NCBI GenBank assembly: GCA_016219925.1
Contig: JACRJU010000010.1
Location: forward strand, 32,147-96,146
DNA from: Candidatus Uhrbacteria bacterium
GTDB taxonomy: Bacteria; Patescibacteriota; Patescibacteriia; UBA9934; GWF2-40-263
Reading direction: 5' to 3'
DNA length: 64,000 nucleotides
Positions within the stretch are counted from its first letter, which is position 1; each line of letters opens with the position of its first letter. The position numbers and the translations under genes are program-made. Shown in pieces: positions 28,977 through 39,898 of the stretch. The notes beneath the pieces were generated by a model, which was not told where the DNA came from, searched no databases, and saw only the letters and a program-made list of their open reading frames with translations.

Positions 28977-29873
28977 TTATTTAAACTTTCTCATACCGAA
29001 CAATCCCTGCGGACGAAGAAGGAGGAAAAAGAATAAGAGGACAAACGCCATGGAATTTTTCCATCCAGCGCCGAAGAACCAAACAGCAATCTGTTCGAAT
29101 AGTCCGACGATGAATGCTCCAAAAATCGCGCCCCCGATTGAGCCAACGCCGCCAATAACCATCGCGGTGAAACCTTTAATAGCGAGGTACACCCCCATGT
29201 TGGGATCCAAATTGAACTCCAGACCAATCAAAATGCCAGCGATTGCTCCGAGTAAAGAACCAACCAAAAAAGAGAGTCTTCGAATGTCGCGCGTTTTAAT
29301 CCCCATGACCTCCGCCACTTCTTCGTTATCCGCTGTGGCGCGCATCGCCTTGCCAAATTTCGTTTTCTTGACGATGAAAGAAAGGGTAAGAAGGAGCAGG
29401 GTGGAAACGATGATCAAAATAATCTGCATTAGCGTAATGTTGAGATCAAAAAAACGATACACTTCTGTTTGCACGCTGAACGCTTTGAGGCTCGATCCGA
29501 ACAAAAGAAGAACCAAAGCGTTGCCGATCATCAAAAGAGCAATGGTTGAGATGAGATACGCCATCCGTTTGGCTTTGCGTTTACGCTGGGTCTCATAAAC
29601 AAGTTCGTTCATGATAAGACCTGTAGCCACAGACACAACAATGGCGCACACCGCTGCGAGCGCTGGGCTGAACCCCAGAACCACCCAAACATAATGAAAC
29701 ACATACCCCCCAAGTAAAATCACCACACCATGGGCCAAATGAAAAATCCGGCTTGTCGCGTAGATGAATGTGAGGCCAGAAGCCACCAAGGCATAAACCG
29801 AACCGGCGATAATCGCGTTGATAATCAGCTGAAGAACAATCTGCATACTTCGCTTATCATAGAGAAAATACAA
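28977..29873 (-). CDS. livH: Branched-chain amino acid ABC transporter permease (LivH-like)
   Basis: Polytopic membrane protein. Operon context. Confidence 0.75.
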   Translation of the reverse strand: MYFLYDKRSMQIVLQLIINAIIAGSVYALVASGLTFIYATSRIFHLAHGVVILLGGYVFHYVWVVLGFSPALAAVCAIVVSVATGLIMNELVYETQRKRKAKRMAYLISTIALLMIGNALVLLLFGSSLKAFSVQTEVYRFFDLNITLMQIILIIVSTLLLLTLSFIVKKTKFGKAMRATADNEEVAEVMGIKTRDIRRLSFLVGSLLGAIAGILIGLEFNLDPNMGVYLAIKGFTAMVIGGVGSIGGAIFGAFIVGLFEQIAVWFFGAGWKNSMAFVLLFFFLLLRPQGLFGMRKFK

Positions 29874-29908
29874 AAGACCCGCAACAAGCGCGGGTCTTTT
29901 GTTTTGTT

Positions 29909-31105
29909 TTACGGCGTGTAGGCACCCAGATCAATTGTTTCGCCATTAACGAAATGTTTGATGTGGTAGCCGATAATCGGATCACCGTTTTGATCAAATG
30001 AAGTATCTCCGAGAGCTCCCGGCCAATTTTTTACTGCATAGAGCCAATCTCGAACCTTCAAAGGATCCACACCAGAAACAGGGAAGGCGTCCTTCAGCAT
30101 GTAAATCTGGTCATAAGCCGCAGCCATGGACGCTGGATATTCCGGAGCGTGGCCATAGGCGGCCTGAAAATTGTCGAGGAAACGCTTGGTCACTTCACGC
30201 GTAGAATCAAGTTCGGGTGTTGGCGAATAAATGTCTGCGTAGAGAGTTTTGTTTTTAGCAATAGTGTCTGAACCCAACATCACGTCTGAAACAAGAAGTT
30301 GGCCTTTAAATCCATTCTCTTTCAATTGTTTGAGAATCTGAATTCCGGCGGCAGGAGTCTGTGGAACGATATAGAGGACATCTGGAGCGGCTGTTGAAAT
30401 TTTGAGAACCTGCGTTCTAAAATCTGTGTCTCCGGTGTTGAACGTTTCGTCTGCCACCACTTCTGCGCCATATTCTGCAGCCGCGGCCGTAAACGACTTG
30501 CGCAAACCTTGCGCATAATCTGTCTGTTCAGAAATTACGGAGACTTTCTTTGTCCCAAGTTTCTTGATGCTGTACGAGGCGATCACGTCTCCAGCCATGG
30601 CATCAGATGGATAAGAGCGGAAAACGAGGTCTCCAGCCGTTGAAAGATCTGGGCTTGAGGCCGCCGCTGAAAACAACATCACTCCTGCTGGCTCCGTGAG
30701 AGCGGCGGCGGCAAGGGCGGCACCTGAACAGTCTCCACTCACAATGAATTTAATCTTATCAACCTCGATCAGTTTTTGGGCGGCTGATGAGCCGTCTTGT
30801 GGATTGCACTTCGAGTCCTCCCAAACGAGTTGCAATTGGTGACCATCAATTCCTCCAGCCGCGTTAATTTCATTGACGGCAAGCATCGTGGCGTTCTGAA
30901 GCGGAATACCATAAACGGCACCATCTCCAGTAAGAGGATCCATCGCTCCAAGAACGATCGGGCCCTCTGGAATTGTGGCTTGAGCTGTGGGTTGGGCCTG
31001 CTCCTCTGGAGCTTTGGGAGCTGGTTTTGAAAAGTACACGATGCCGAGCACCACGATCACGATCGCGATGACCCAAAGCAGTGCACTGCTGGATTTTCCA
31101 GACAT
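29909..31105 (-). CDS. Branched-chain amino acid ABC transporter substrate-binding protein (LivJ/K-like)
   Basis: N-terminal transmembrane/signal region and periplasmic binding fold of family 1 ('LGAMDPLTGDGAVYG'). Confidence 0.75.
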   Translation of the reverse strand: MSGKSSSALLWVIAIVIVVLGIVYFSKPAPKAPEEQAQPTAQATIPEGPIVLGAMDPLTGDGAVYGIPLQNATMLAVNEINAAGGIDGHQLQLVWEDSKCNPQDGSSAAQKLIEVDKIKFIVSGDCSGAALAAAALTEPAGVMLFSAAASSPDLSTAGDLVFRSYPSDAMAGDVIASYSIKKLGTKKVSVISEQTDYAQGLRKSFTAAAAEYGAEVVADETFNTGDTDFRTQVLKISTAAPDVLYIVPQTPAAGIQILKQLKENGFKGQLLVSDVMLGSDTIAKNKTLYADIYSPTPELDSTREVTKRFLDNFQAAYGHAPEYPASMAAAYDQIYMLKDAFPVSGVDPLKVRDWLYAVKNWPGALGDTSFDQNGDPIIGYHIKHFVNGETIDLGAYTP

Positions 31106-31153
31106 AAGTCAAAATGGGTATTTAATCCCGTTTTCGTGGGTGCGATACGGGTT

Positions 31154-32290
31154 TTATGAACGAATAGGCATGAGCACATACCGGTACGCCTGTGTGCTCT
31201 GTGCGGGACTGATAAGACAGGGGTTGGCCCCATCAATCATTTCAAAGACCACCTGATCTGAAACGATCGCTTGCAGGCCATCGAGGAGATAGCGATAATT
31301 TACCGAAACTGTGTTTGGCTGTCCAGAAATTTCTGCGCCGCAAGAGCTGATGTTATCCCCACGGGTTGCGTCTGTCGCCTGAACATGGAGAGCCTCCGCG
31401 GTGGGTTCAAAAGCCAAAGTGACGTCAAATAAGCCATTTTTTGAGAATAAACTAGCGGTTTTTACAGCTTTTATAAAGTCTTCTTTATCCAAAATAGCCC
31501 GTGTTGAAAACTGTTTTGGGATAATCTGCTGGTAATCAGGATAATTTTCATCAATAACCCGTGAAATAAGTTCAACCGGACCAAAAATAAATACCGCCTG
31601 ACTTTGCGAAAGCTGTAAGCTGACAGTTGTTGGTAGTTCAACATCATCTTTGAAAACGGAAAGAACGCGTAGAACCTCCGAAAGCGTCTTGGCTGGGACA
31701 ACGACACTTCTTTCTTGTCCTGGACGATCCAGAAGCGTTATGGTGGCTTCTGAGAGCCTGTAGGAGTCGGTTGCAACCAGCTTCAAACGCCCCTCACTCT
31801 CAAATGAAGAAAAATGCATGAGCACACCCGTGAGTTCTGGACGTGATTCGTTTGTTGCTACCGCAAAGAGGACTTGAGATAAGGCGGCTTTTAAATCACC
31901 AACAGGAATCCGATAGATCTCCTCCCCATTCACTTTTGGCACAAGAGGGAATTCAGAAGCAGAAAGTCCGTTGATTTTTGTTTTGTGGTTTCCGCACTGC
32001 AAACGAATATTATCATCATCCGTATCAAGACGAATTGTTTCGCTTGGAAGGAGCGAAACGTAATCATAAAATAGTTTTGATGGGACGGTGTGCTCCCCCG
32101 GTTCATCAACTTTGCCTCTCACAACACAATTCACTGCAATTTCTAAATTTGTCGACGTAAATTTTATTGTTCCCCCCTCCGCTTTAACAAGAACATTTTG
32201 TAAAATCGGTAAATTAACGTTCTTCGTCATGAGATGGCTTGTGATGCTCAACCCTTGATGGAGATTCTCTTTCGTACAAGACAGTTTCAT
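31154..32290 (-). CDS. dnaN: DNA polymerase III beta sliding clamp
   Basis: 378 aa, lies downstream of dnaA, with a three-domain repeat pattern. Confidence 0.85.
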   Translation of the reverse strand: MKLSCTKENLHQGLSITSHLMTKNVNLPILQNVLVKAEGGTIKFTSTNLEIAVNCVVRGKVDEPGEHTVPSKLFYDYVSLLPSETIRLDTDDDNIRLQCGNHKTKINGLSASEFPLVPKVNGEEIYRIPVGDLKAALSQVLFAVATNESRPELTGVLMHFSSFESEGRLKLVATDSYRLSEATITLLDRPGQERSVVVPAKTLSEVLRVLSVFKDDVELPTTVSLQLSQSQAVFIFGPVELISRVIDENYPDYQQIIPKQFSTRAILDKEDFIKAVKTASLFSKNGLFDVTLAFEPTAEALHVQATDATRGDNISSCGAEISGQPNTVSVNYRYLLDGLQAIVSDQVVFEMIDGANPCLISPAQSTQAYRYVLMPIRS

Positions 32291-32354
32291 ATTTTTGTTC
32301 TGTATTATTGTTTTTACAAAAGAGATTAATAAATAAAGTAATAGTAGTAAGGGG

Positions 32355-32425
32355 TGTGGATGAAGTGGAAAACAGAAATTTTTAGCTTAATTGAGTGATG
32401 TTTTAGCTTATGGATTTGTGGATGA
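32355..32425. promoter_or_regulatory. Candidate oriC core: two TGTGGATGA DnaA-box-like 9-mers beside an AT-rich stretch in the dnaA-dnaN intergenic region
   Basis: tgtggatga at 32355-32363 and 32417-32425, each one mismatch from TGTGGATAA. 32291-32350 is about 80% AT. Confidence 0.45.
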
Positions 32426-32535
32426 ACTTAGGTGTTTGGTTGTGGAGTCTTGGTGAATATTTTTGAACACTTTATTTATTCACTCTTTCCCCCACCTCTT
32501 TCACAGAGGGTTACCCACGAGAAGTGCACTGTATA

Positions 32536-33927
32536 TTAATAGGTGTAGAGTTTTTGTTTGATCAGTTCAAGATCGTGTTGAAGTTTTTCATCCGCCACAA
32601 GACAATTACAGATTTTTTCATAGGCGTGCATAGCTGTTGTGTGGTCTCGTCCTCCAAGTTCTGTTCCAATAGATGGATAACTCGCTTTCATTTCCTCACG
32701 CATGAGATACATGATAATTTGTCTTGGAAACGCCAGCCGTTTTTGGCGGCTCGCTCCAAGCAGGTCAACGATTTGGACATCGAAATATCCAGCGACTGTC
32801 TGAATAAGCTGTTTGGGGGTAACGGTTTTTCTTGTGTTTGAAGGAGTGAAGCTTGAGAGGATTGGTTTTACAGAATCAAGAGTTGCGCGGGTGTTTTTGA
32901 ATTGATGAAACGCGATAATTTTGTTAAGGGCTCCTTCAAGTTCTCGAACGTTCGTTTGGACAACACTTGCGATGTGATGAACGATGTCGTGTTCGAGTGC
33001 GTAAGTTTTTTCTCGGCACTTGGTTTCTAAAATTGCTACACGTGTTTCAAAATCTGGAGAGCCCACGTCGGCCATCATTCCCTGCTCAAATCTTGAGATA
33101 AGCCGGCTTTCAAGTTGGGGGATGGCTTTTGGTGGACGATCTGAAGAGATCACGATCTGCTTGTTATTTTGGTAGAGCTGGTTGAATGTGTGAAAAAACT
33201 CTTCCTGCGTTCCCTCTTTTCCAGTCATAAACTGGATGTCGTCAACCAATAGAACATCAACCGTTCGGTAACGATTTTTAAACTCAACCATCCGCCCCCC
33301 CTTAAGCGCCCCAATGAAATCATTGGTAAAACGCTCGCTTGTGACATATAAAATGCGCGTTTGTGGGCTTTTTCGTATAAGTTCGTTGCCAACCGCTTGT
33401 AAAAGGTGGGTTTTTCCAAGGCCGACACCACCATAGATAAACAAGGGGTTGTAGACGCCTCCTGGCTGTGCACACACAGCTTGAGCGGCGGCGTGGGCCA
33501 GCTCATTTTGTTTGCCAACAATGAACGTTCCAAAACAGTACTTTCCATTAAGAGAAAATTCCCCTGTGCGAATTTCTTGAGGTTCGTGACTGGTTCTGGG
33601 TTGGTACCCGTCTGATGTTGGTGGTTCGTTCTGCGAAGACCCATCGAACAGCGGAATAATTTGTTGAGGAGCTTGTTGGCGCGCTTCCACGCGGTACGTC
33701 AACTGTTTGATTGTTCCGTTCGTGAGATCCTGCAAAGACTGCATGATTTCTTTTGAATACTTCTTTTCTAGCCAGGCTTTTGTAAAAAGATTCGGAACTC
33801 CAACGATAATGGCATGATCACGCACTTCTGAAATAAAAGTTTGTTTAAACCAGGTGGTGAAATTTGCTTTACTCAATGACAATTCGAGTTCGCCAAGAAC
33901 CGCTTGCCAGAGTTCGTTGGTGTTCAT
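32536..33927 (-). CDS. dnaA: Chromosomal replication initiator DnaA
   Basis: 'GGVGLGKTHLLQAVG', 'VDVLLVDDIQF', C-terminal 'RDHTTAMHAYEKI'. Start at internal ATG 'MNTNELWQ'. Confidence 0.9.
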   Translation of the reverse strand: MNTNELWQAVLGELELSLSKANFTTWFKQTFISEVRDHAIIVGVPNLFTKAWLEKKYSKEIMQSLQDLTNGTIKQLTYRVEARQQAPQQIIPLFDGSSQNEPPTSDGYQPRTSHEPQEIRTGEFSLNGKYCFGTFIVGKQNELAHAAAQAVCAQPGGVYNPLFIYGGVGLGKTHLLQAVGNELIRKSPQTRILYVTSERFTNDFIGALKGGRMVEFKNRYRTVDVLLVDDIQFMTGKEGTQEEFFHTFNQLYQNNKQIVISSDRPPKAIPQLESRLISRFEQGMMADVGSPDFETRVAILETKCREKTYALEHDIVHHIASVVQTNVRELEGALNKIIAFHQFKNTRATLDSVKPILSSFTPSNTRKTVTPKQLIQTVAGYFDVQIVDLLGASRQKRLAFPRQIIMYLMREEMKASYPSIGTELGGRDHTTAMHAYEKICNCLVADEKLQHDLELIKQKLYTY

Positions 33928-33990
33928 ACGGGGCGTAGTGTAGACTACTTGTCCACATGTGAGCAAGTGCGTGTTTCGTGTACAAAGGGG

Positions 33991-34018
33991 TTGATGTTTT
34001 GTGGGTAACTTGTTAATA
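33991..34018 (+). promoter_or_regulatory. Putative rpmH promoter (-35 ttgatg, 16 nt, -10 taatat) overlapping DnaA-box-like tgtgggtaa
   Basis: Sequence motifs upstream of rpmH. ttgtccaca (33949-33957) and tgtgggtaa (34000-34008) are one-mismatch DnaA boxes. Confidence 0.3.
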
Positions 34019-34043
34019 TCTTTGTGCCTAATGTTTTACCCCT

Positions 34044-34190
34044 ATGCCAAAGCGCACACATCAACCAAAGACGCGTCAGCGCGCCAAAGTTCACGGATTT
34101 CGCCAGCGCATGACGACATCAACTGGAAAGAAAGTGCTCAGCCGTCGCCGCGCAAGCGGGCGCAAGCGTTTGAGCGTGAGCGACAAGTAA
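34044..34190 (+). CDS. rpmH: 50S ribosomal protein L34
   Basis: Translates to '[48 protein letters not shown]'. Below the size cutoff of the ORF track. Confidence 0.9.
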   Translation: MPKRTHQPKTRQRAKVHGFRQRMTTSTGKKVLSRRRASGRKRLSVSDK

Positions 34191-34191
34191 C

Positions 34192-34536
34192 ATGCTTCCC
34201 GCGGCCCATCGGCTTCGTCATGAAAAAGACATCAAAACGCTCCTGGCCAAAGGCAGGAGCGTGTTTGGTCTGTTCATGGGTTTCCGCATTCGTAAAAATA
34301 CTCTTGATGTTTCTCGGTTCGCGGTCGCTGTGGGGACCAAAGTGTCAAAAAAAGCCGTTGTGCGGAATCGTCTACGCCGACAGATTCGCGCGATTTTGTT
34401 TAAACATCTTTCTGCCATTACCCCAGGCTATGATTTTTTGGTTATGGTAAAAAAAGAATCCATTGGAAAAACATCAAAGGAACTCGAAACGGATTTGGTA
34501 AAAACTTTGCGAGGACGAGCTCGCCTATTGCGATGA
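34192..34536 (+). CDS. rnpA: Ribonuclease P protein component
   Basis: '[29 protein letters not shown]', classic position after rpmH. Confidence 0.85.
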   Translation: MLPAAHRLRHEKDIKTLLAKGRSVFGLFMGFRIRKNTLDVSRFAVAVGTKVSKKAVVRNRLRRQIRAILFKHLSAITPGYDFLVMVKKESIGKTSKELETDLVKTLRGRARLLR

Positions 34537-34790
34537 TTTGGCAATTTTTTCCAAAATACATTGCCCTAAGAACAATTCGTCTGTATCAAAAGACTCTTTC
34601 TTTTGATCATGGAATATTTAAACGGCTTTACCCAAGCGGATTTTGCCGATTTCATCCAACATGTTCTGAATACGGCTATCAAGCCGTTGAACGATTCGGG
34701 GTTTTGCATGGTGGGTGGCTGGCCATTGGCCGCATCATTCGATGCAATCCCTTTTCAAAAGGCGGGATAGACGAAGTCCCAAAACAATAG
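34533..34790 (+). CDS. yidD: Membrane protein insertion efficiency factor YidD
   Basis: 'RLYQKTLS...[19 protein letters not shown]...[14 protein letters not shown]'. Confidence 0.85.
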   Translation: MIWQFFPKYIALRTIRLYQKTLSFDHGIFKRLYPSGFCRFHPTCSEYGYQAVERFGVLHGGWLAIGRIIRCNPFSKGGIDEVPKQ

Positions 34791-34803
34791 ACGGGCTATC
34801 CGT

Positions 34804-35022
34804 CTATTCTATTTCTATTTGTTTGATTTTTGCGGTTGCTCCTCGCACAAGTGTCAGACGAGACGGAGCGATTTTCAATTCCTGAGCTAACACCTTAATG
34901 ACAGCGGTATTGGCTTTTCCCTTTTCTGCCACAGCGCACACAGAAATTTTGAGAGTATCCTCATCTAACCATTCTAGCGATTCTTTTTTCGCCCGAGGTT
35001 TCACATGAACGGTTAGCAACAT
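34804..35022 (-). CDS. DUF167 (YggU) family protein
   Basis: 'MLLTVHVKPRAKKESL...LVRGATAKIKQIEI'. Confidence 0.65.
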   Translation of the reverse strand: MLLTVHVKPRAKKESLEWLDEDTLKISVCAVAEKGKANTAVIKVLAQELKIAPSRLTLVRGATAKIKQIEIE

Positions 35023-35816
35023 AGTCCGGGCCCCCCTTCAAGGGAGTTGGTGATGCCAATCAATTTTTGGTGTATGAGCCCATTGGTTGCGACCAGATCA
35101 CGACTCTGATGGCTCCAAAGGTTTCCACAATAGTCTGATATTTTTCCTCCAGCTTCGCAGACCAACAGAGATCCCACCACCGTGTCCCATGGATTATTAC
35201 CAGTAAGGATCACCGCATCGGCTCGTCCACTTGCCACATATGCGAGCATAATTGTCGCTGAACCTAAGCGACGGAAATAGGTTGTTTGTCTTTCAAGAGC
35301 GGAAATAATTTGAGCATGGCGCTGTTGGTCTTTTTCTTTATATCCTCTTCCCGCAAAAAGCATCGAGCCGCGCGCGGCGTCTTTGGTTGAGACATGAATA
35401 GACGTTCCATTGAGGGTTGCTCCTTGCCCTTTCGCGCAAACGAACATTTCATCATGGAGGGGATCATAAATAACCCCAAGGAGTGTTTCATTATTCTCAA
35501 CAAGCGCAATGGCCACAGCAAAAATCGGAATATGAGCGAGAAAATTTGAGGTTCCATCTAATGGATCGATGACCCACGTACGTGAATTGGTGATCTGTTT
35601 GTGAAGGGCGTCGGGCGATTCTTCACTCAGTTGGAGGTCATTTGGAAAAATACGCGCAAGCGATTGTGCGATGTACTCGTGGGAAATCAGATCCGCCTCT
35701 GATACGAGAGTCTGGTCTTCTTTTGTCTGAACGTGGTTTGAATTTCCGAAGCGATTTTTGACAAGAGCGCCTGCGGCTCGGGCAATATCCACAACCACAT
35801 CACATTCACGAAACAT
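35013..35816 (-). CDS. Inositol monophosphatase family protein (SuhB-like)
   Basis: 'WVIDPLDGTSNFLAHIPIFAVAIAL'. Confidence 0.8.
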   Translation of the reverse strand: MFRECDVVVDIARAAGALVKNRFGNSNHVQTKEDQTLVSEADLISHEYIAQSLARIFPNDLQLSEESPDALHKQITNSRTWVIDPLDGTSNFLAHIPIFAVAIALVENNETLLGVIYDPLHDEMFVCAKGQGATLNGTSIHVSTKDAARGSMLFAGRGYKEKDQQRHAQIISALERQTTYFRRLGSATIMLAYVASGRADAVILTGNNPWDTVVGSLLVCEAGGKISDYCGNLWSHQSRDLVATNGLIHQKLIGITNSLEGGPGLCC

Positions 35817-35875
35817 AGATGGGGGCTCCCCCTTTTTTATCTAACGGCGTTTTTGTGATGTGGTCAAGACGCGAC

Positions 35876-37165
35876 TTATTTCACCATCACTGATTTCAAA
35901 AATTCGATGACTTTCCGATTTCTTAGAATTTGTTGGACATACTCACGATATTCCGGGGCGTAGATTTGTTCTTTAGCTTCTTTATCTTGATAATGTTCTG
36001 CAACACGATCCAACTCCGTATCGATTTCTTTTTCCTCCACAGTTGTGTGCTCTTGATCGGCGATCGCCCGCAGGACCAAAGCCACTTTGATGCGCGTCAG
36101 AGCTTGAGGGGTGAAGTCCATTTTCAGTTGTGCGAGCGTGCGTTTGAGATTAGCTATGTAGGTTTCAAATTCAAGCCCCTGGGACTCGACCCCACGCTTG
36201 AGTTCCTCGATCATTTTATTGATCTCCTCGTTAAGCAAGAGATCCGGAATTTCCTCAAAACGAGATTTTTTTGCGATGAGTTCCAACACCTCGCGCTCTT
36301 GTCGCTTAGCCTCCTCTTGTTGTTTTTCTTCGAGGAGGTTCTTGTTAATGATGGCTTTTAAGGCTTGCAAATCCTTGAGACCGTGGGTCACAGCAAACGC
36401 GTCATCGAGTTCTGGAGGTTGCAAGTGATAGACTTCTTTGATAGTGATTTCAAATTCCGCTTGCGATCCAGCAAGCATTTTTTGGACATGATCTTTTGGG
36501 AATGAAAGAGAGAACGCTTTTTGTTCGTCCTCTTTAAGTCCTATCAGTCGCTCCTTAAGGCCTGGGATGTAGTAGTCTTCGTTGAGGTAGATCATGTGGT
36601 TTGGGGAAGAACCTCCTTCGATCGCCACCCCATTTTTTTTTATGATCATGGAGACGACGACCTTATCCGTTGCGCCGATCGGCGTTTCTTTTGGCGCACG
36701 AACTTCTTTTGTTTGCATGCGCTGGAGATCGCGCAGGGCCAGGTCGATCTCTTTATCTTCAACGACAATAGTTTTTGGCTCAACACGCAAATCTTTGTAC
36801 ATAGCAAGTTCGGACGCTTTTGGCATGCGTGTCACTTCGGCTGTGAAAACGAGGTCATTGTCGGGCGCCAATTTGGAAACATCAATTTTCGGTGATCCAA
36901 CCGTTTCGATGTCGTGGGCTAACAGAGCTTGAACATAAGAGGAACGAACAATAGACTCGAGAGCTTCCTCGAGGATTTTCATTTCACCAAATCGTTGTTT
37001 GACTATGTCGTAGTTTGCTTTCCCCGGACGAAAACCAGGAATTTCGGAATGCTCGGACAAGTGCGTCGCCGCATCGGTCAAGTATGGAAGCAACTCTTGC
37101 GAAGTGAGTGTGAACGTCAGTTTTACGAGATTCTTTTCGAGATTTTCGATTTTGACATCAGGCAT
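35876..37165 (-). CDS. tig: Trigger factor
   Basis: 429 aa. N-terminal 'MPDVKIENLEKNLVKLTFTL', central PPIase-like region and a C-terminal arm. Confidence 0.8.
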   Translation of the reverse strand: MPDVKIENLEKNLVKLTFTLTSQELLPYLTDAATHLSEHSEIPGFRPGKANYDIVKQRFGEMKILEEALESIVRSSYVQALLAHDIETVGSPKIDVSKLAPDNDLVFTAEVTRMPKASELAMYKDLRVEPKTIVVEDKEIDLALRDLQRMQTKEVRAPKETPIGATDKVVVSMIIKKNGVAIEGGSSPNHMIYLNEDYYIPGLKERLIGLKEDEQKAFSLSFPKDHVQKMLAGSQAEFEITIKEVYHLQPPELDDAFAVTHGLKDLQALKAIINKNLLEEKQQEEAKRQEREVLELIAKKSRFEEIPDLLLNEEINKMIEELKRGVESQGLEFETYIANLKRTLAQLKMDFTPQALTRIKVALVLRAIADQEHTTVEEKEIDTELDRVAEHYQDKEAKEQIYAPEYREYVQQILRNRKVIEFLKSVMVK

Positions 37166-37179
37166 AGTGGGCTGCTTTC

Positions 37180-39171
37180 TTAGACGATGAGCGCCACGAT
37201 AAGAAGCGCAACGATATTCAAGATTTTGATCATGGGGTTGATGGCCGGACCCGCAGTATCTTTGTAAGGGTCTCCGACGGTATCACCAGTGACAGCGGCT
37301 TTGTGAGCATCCGATCCTTTGCCACCATAGTTTCCAGCTTCAATAAATTTTTTGGCGTTGTCCCATGCTCCACCGCCAGTTGTCATCGAGATTGCCACGA
37401 ACAGTCCAGTGATAATCGAACCAATAAGGAGCCCTCCCAAAGCCTCTGCTCCCAAAGCAAACCCAACGACCACTGGAGCAAGCACGGCGAGCAAAGAGGG
37501 AACGAGCATCCGACGTAGAGCGGCTTGCGTCACAATATCAACCGCCTTGCCATACTCCGGTTTTGCCGAGCCATCCATAATGCCTCGGATTTCGCGAAAC
37601 TGGCGGCGCACTTCTTCAACCACCGCACCAGCGGCTTGCCCAACAGCTTGCATGGCCATCGCTCCAAACAAATACGTCACGAGTCCGCCCAAGAAGAGTC
37701 CGGCAATGACGCGCGGATCAACGAGGCTAAAGGAGACATGGACACCCCGTGCTTCGATGGCATGAACATAGTCTCCAAACAATACGAGTGTTGCCAAACC
37801 AGCTGAACCAATAGCATACGCTTTGGTGACGGCTTTTGTCGTGTTGCCAACAGCATCGAGTGGATCAGTGACATCGCGCACTTCAGAAGAGAGTTCGGCC
37901 ATTTCGGCGATTCCGCCGGCGTTATCCGTGATGGGGCCAAAAGCATCGATTGCAACGATAATACCAGTGAGTGATAGCATGGCCATGGCGGCGATGGCGA
38001 TGCCGAACAAACCAGAGAGCTGATACGAAACGAGAATACCAAGGACGATCGTCAACACAGGGAGGGCGGTTGATTTCATCGACAAAGCGATTCCGGCAAT
38101 GATATTCGTGCCATGTCCGGACTGGGAAGCGCTGGCCAAATTTTGTACCGGCGCATATTGAGTGCCAGTATAGTATTCCGTAATCATGATCATGAGCGCT
38201 GTTACGAGAAGTCCAACCAGAGCGCTGAGATAAATGTTGGTGATGGAGAGTCCGACGATTCCCGCAAGGACCACTTTTGTGACGGGATAAAACCCAATCG
38301 CACTCAAGACTCCTGCGACGAGGAGTCCTTTGTAGAGGGCTTTCATGATTTTTTTGTCCGAGCCGATCTTGATGAAGAAACTTCCAATGATCGAGGCGAC
38401 GATCGCAACAGCCCCAAGAGCGAGGGGATACAAGATCAAAGCTTCCTTTCCTGGGAACAATAAAGATCCGAGAAGGATGGTCGCCACGCAAGTGACCGCG
38501 TAGGTTTCAAACAAGTCTGCCGCCATCCCAGCGCAATCACCGACGTTATCACCGACGTTATCTGCAATTACCGCGGGATTGCGAGGATCATCTTCTGGGA
38601 TTCCAGCTTCTGTTTTTCCAACAAGGTCAGCTCCGACATCAGCGGCTTTTGTGAAAATTCCACCACCCAAACGTGCGAATACACTGATAAGAGATCCTCC
38701 GAATCCAAGCCCGACTAACGCCTGAACATCATGGGTGAGCGCATAAAAAACCGTGACTCCAATCAAAGCGAGACCGACAACAAACAGACCAGTGACCGAT
38801 CCGCCGCGCGTGGCCATGTCCATCGCTTCTGAAAGACCCGTCTTAGCGGCTTCGGTGGTGCGAACGTTGGCACGGACAGACACCGCCATGCCGATCACCC
38901 CAGCAAGTCCTGAGAGCACAGCGCCTACAAGGAAGCCAAGAGCGAGTTTCCAAGACAAGATAAACCCAAGTAGGAGGAAAACAATGATACCGATACCGGC
39001 AATCATTTTGTATTGACGAGCCATATAAGCATTCGCCCCTTCTTGGATCGCAAGAGCGATGCCTTTCATTTTTCCTTCACCTGCTGGTTGTTTAAGGATC
39101 CATTGAATAAGAATGCTTCCATAAAGAAGTGCGAGCACGCCCGCGACGATCGCTAGAACGATAATAGACAT
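37180..39171 (-). CDS. hppA: Membrane-bound proton/sodium-translocating pyrophosphatase
   Basis: '[12 protein letters not shown]', '[22 protein letters not shown]'. About 16 transmembrane helices. Confidence 0.85.
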   Translation of the reverse strand: MSIIVLAIVAGVLALLYGSILIQWILKQPAGEGKMKGIALAIQEGANAYMARQYKMIAGIGIIVFLLLGFILSWKLALGFLVGAVLSGLAGVIGMAVSVRANVRTTEAAKTGLSEAMDMATRGGSVTGLFVVGLALIGVTVFYALTHDVQALVGLGFGGSLISVFARLGGGIFTKAADVGADLVGKTEAGIPEDDPRNPAVIADNVGDNVGDCAGMAADLFETYAVTCVATILLGSLLFPGKEALILYPLALGAVAIVASIIGSFFIKIGSDKKIMKALYKGLLVAGVLSAIGFYPVTKVVLAGIVGLSITNIYLSALVGLLVTALMIMITEYYTGTQYAPVQNLASASQSGHGTNIIAGIALSMKSTALPVLTIVLGILVSYQLSGLFGIAIAAMAMLSLTGIIVAIDAFGPITDNAGGIAEMAELSSEVRDVTDPLDAVGNTTKAVTKAYAIGSAGLATLVLFGDYVHAIEARGVHVSFSLVDPRVIAGLFLGGLVTYLFGAMAMQAVGQAAGAVVEEVRRQFREIRGIMDGSAKPEYGKAVDIVTQAALRRMLVPSLLAVLAPVVVGFALGAEALGGLLIGSIITGLFVAISMTTGGGAWDNAKKFIEAGNYGGKGSDAHKAAVTGDTVGDPYKDTAGPAINPMIKILNIVALLIVALIV

Positions 39172-39249
39172 AACATCACAAATGAAATTACAGATTATCA
39201 AAAAGACGATGATATACTAGAAAAAAAGACGGGTTGTGTCAACGCTAAC

Positions 39250-39852
39250 ATGTCAAAAATGCCCACATTTGCATATGAACGGCGGCTAATCACTCAAGGT
39301 TTTAAGGTGATTGTTGGGGTTGATGAGGTGGGGTGTGGGGCGCTAGCTGGACCGGTATGTGCCGGGGCCGTTGTGCTTCCTCTTGATTCGCGTTTGGGAG
39401 CCATTCGCGATAGCAAACTTGTTGGGCCCCAAGAGCGTGAGCGTCTTTATGCGCGTATTGTAGAACGGGCAGATGCATGGTCTGTTGGCTATGCGGATGT
39501 TCAAGAGATTGCCACACTCAACATCCGTGGCGCGACCTTTTTGGCGATGCGTCGCGCGGTTGAACAGATTCCACAAGCCCAAGTGCTTTTGATTGATGCT
39601 TGGCGAATTCCAGGAGTTGATCTTCCTCAACAAGCCATCATTCACGGAGATCTCTTGGTGAAATCTATTGCGGCCGCTTCGCTCATTGCCAAAGTGTCTC
39701 GCGACCGAGTCATGCAGTCGTACCACGAGCAATACCCGCAGTACGGGTTTCCTATTCATAAAGGATACGCAACAGCGTTGCACAAAAAAGCGATCGCGAT
39801 TCATGGCCCCTGTCTTATTCATCGCCTCGGTTTCCGAACATTTTCTTCATAG
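39250..39852 (+). CDS. rnhB: Ribonuclease HII
   Basis: 'VGVDEVGCGALAGPVCAGAVVL'. Confidence 0.85.
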   Translation: MSKMPTFAYERRLITQGFKVIVGVDEVGCGALAGPVCAGAVVLPLDSRLGAIRDSKLVGPQERERLYARIVERADAWSVGYADVQEIATLNIRGATFLAMRRAVEQIPQAQVLLIDAWRIPGVDLPQQAIIHGDLLVKSIAAASLIAKVSRDRVMQSYHEQYPQYGFPIHKGYATALHKKAIAIHGPCLIHRLGFRTFSS

Positions 39853-39898
39853 GCGGATTGACGAGAGGCTCGAATTTTGGTAGTCTGAGGGACGTTAA

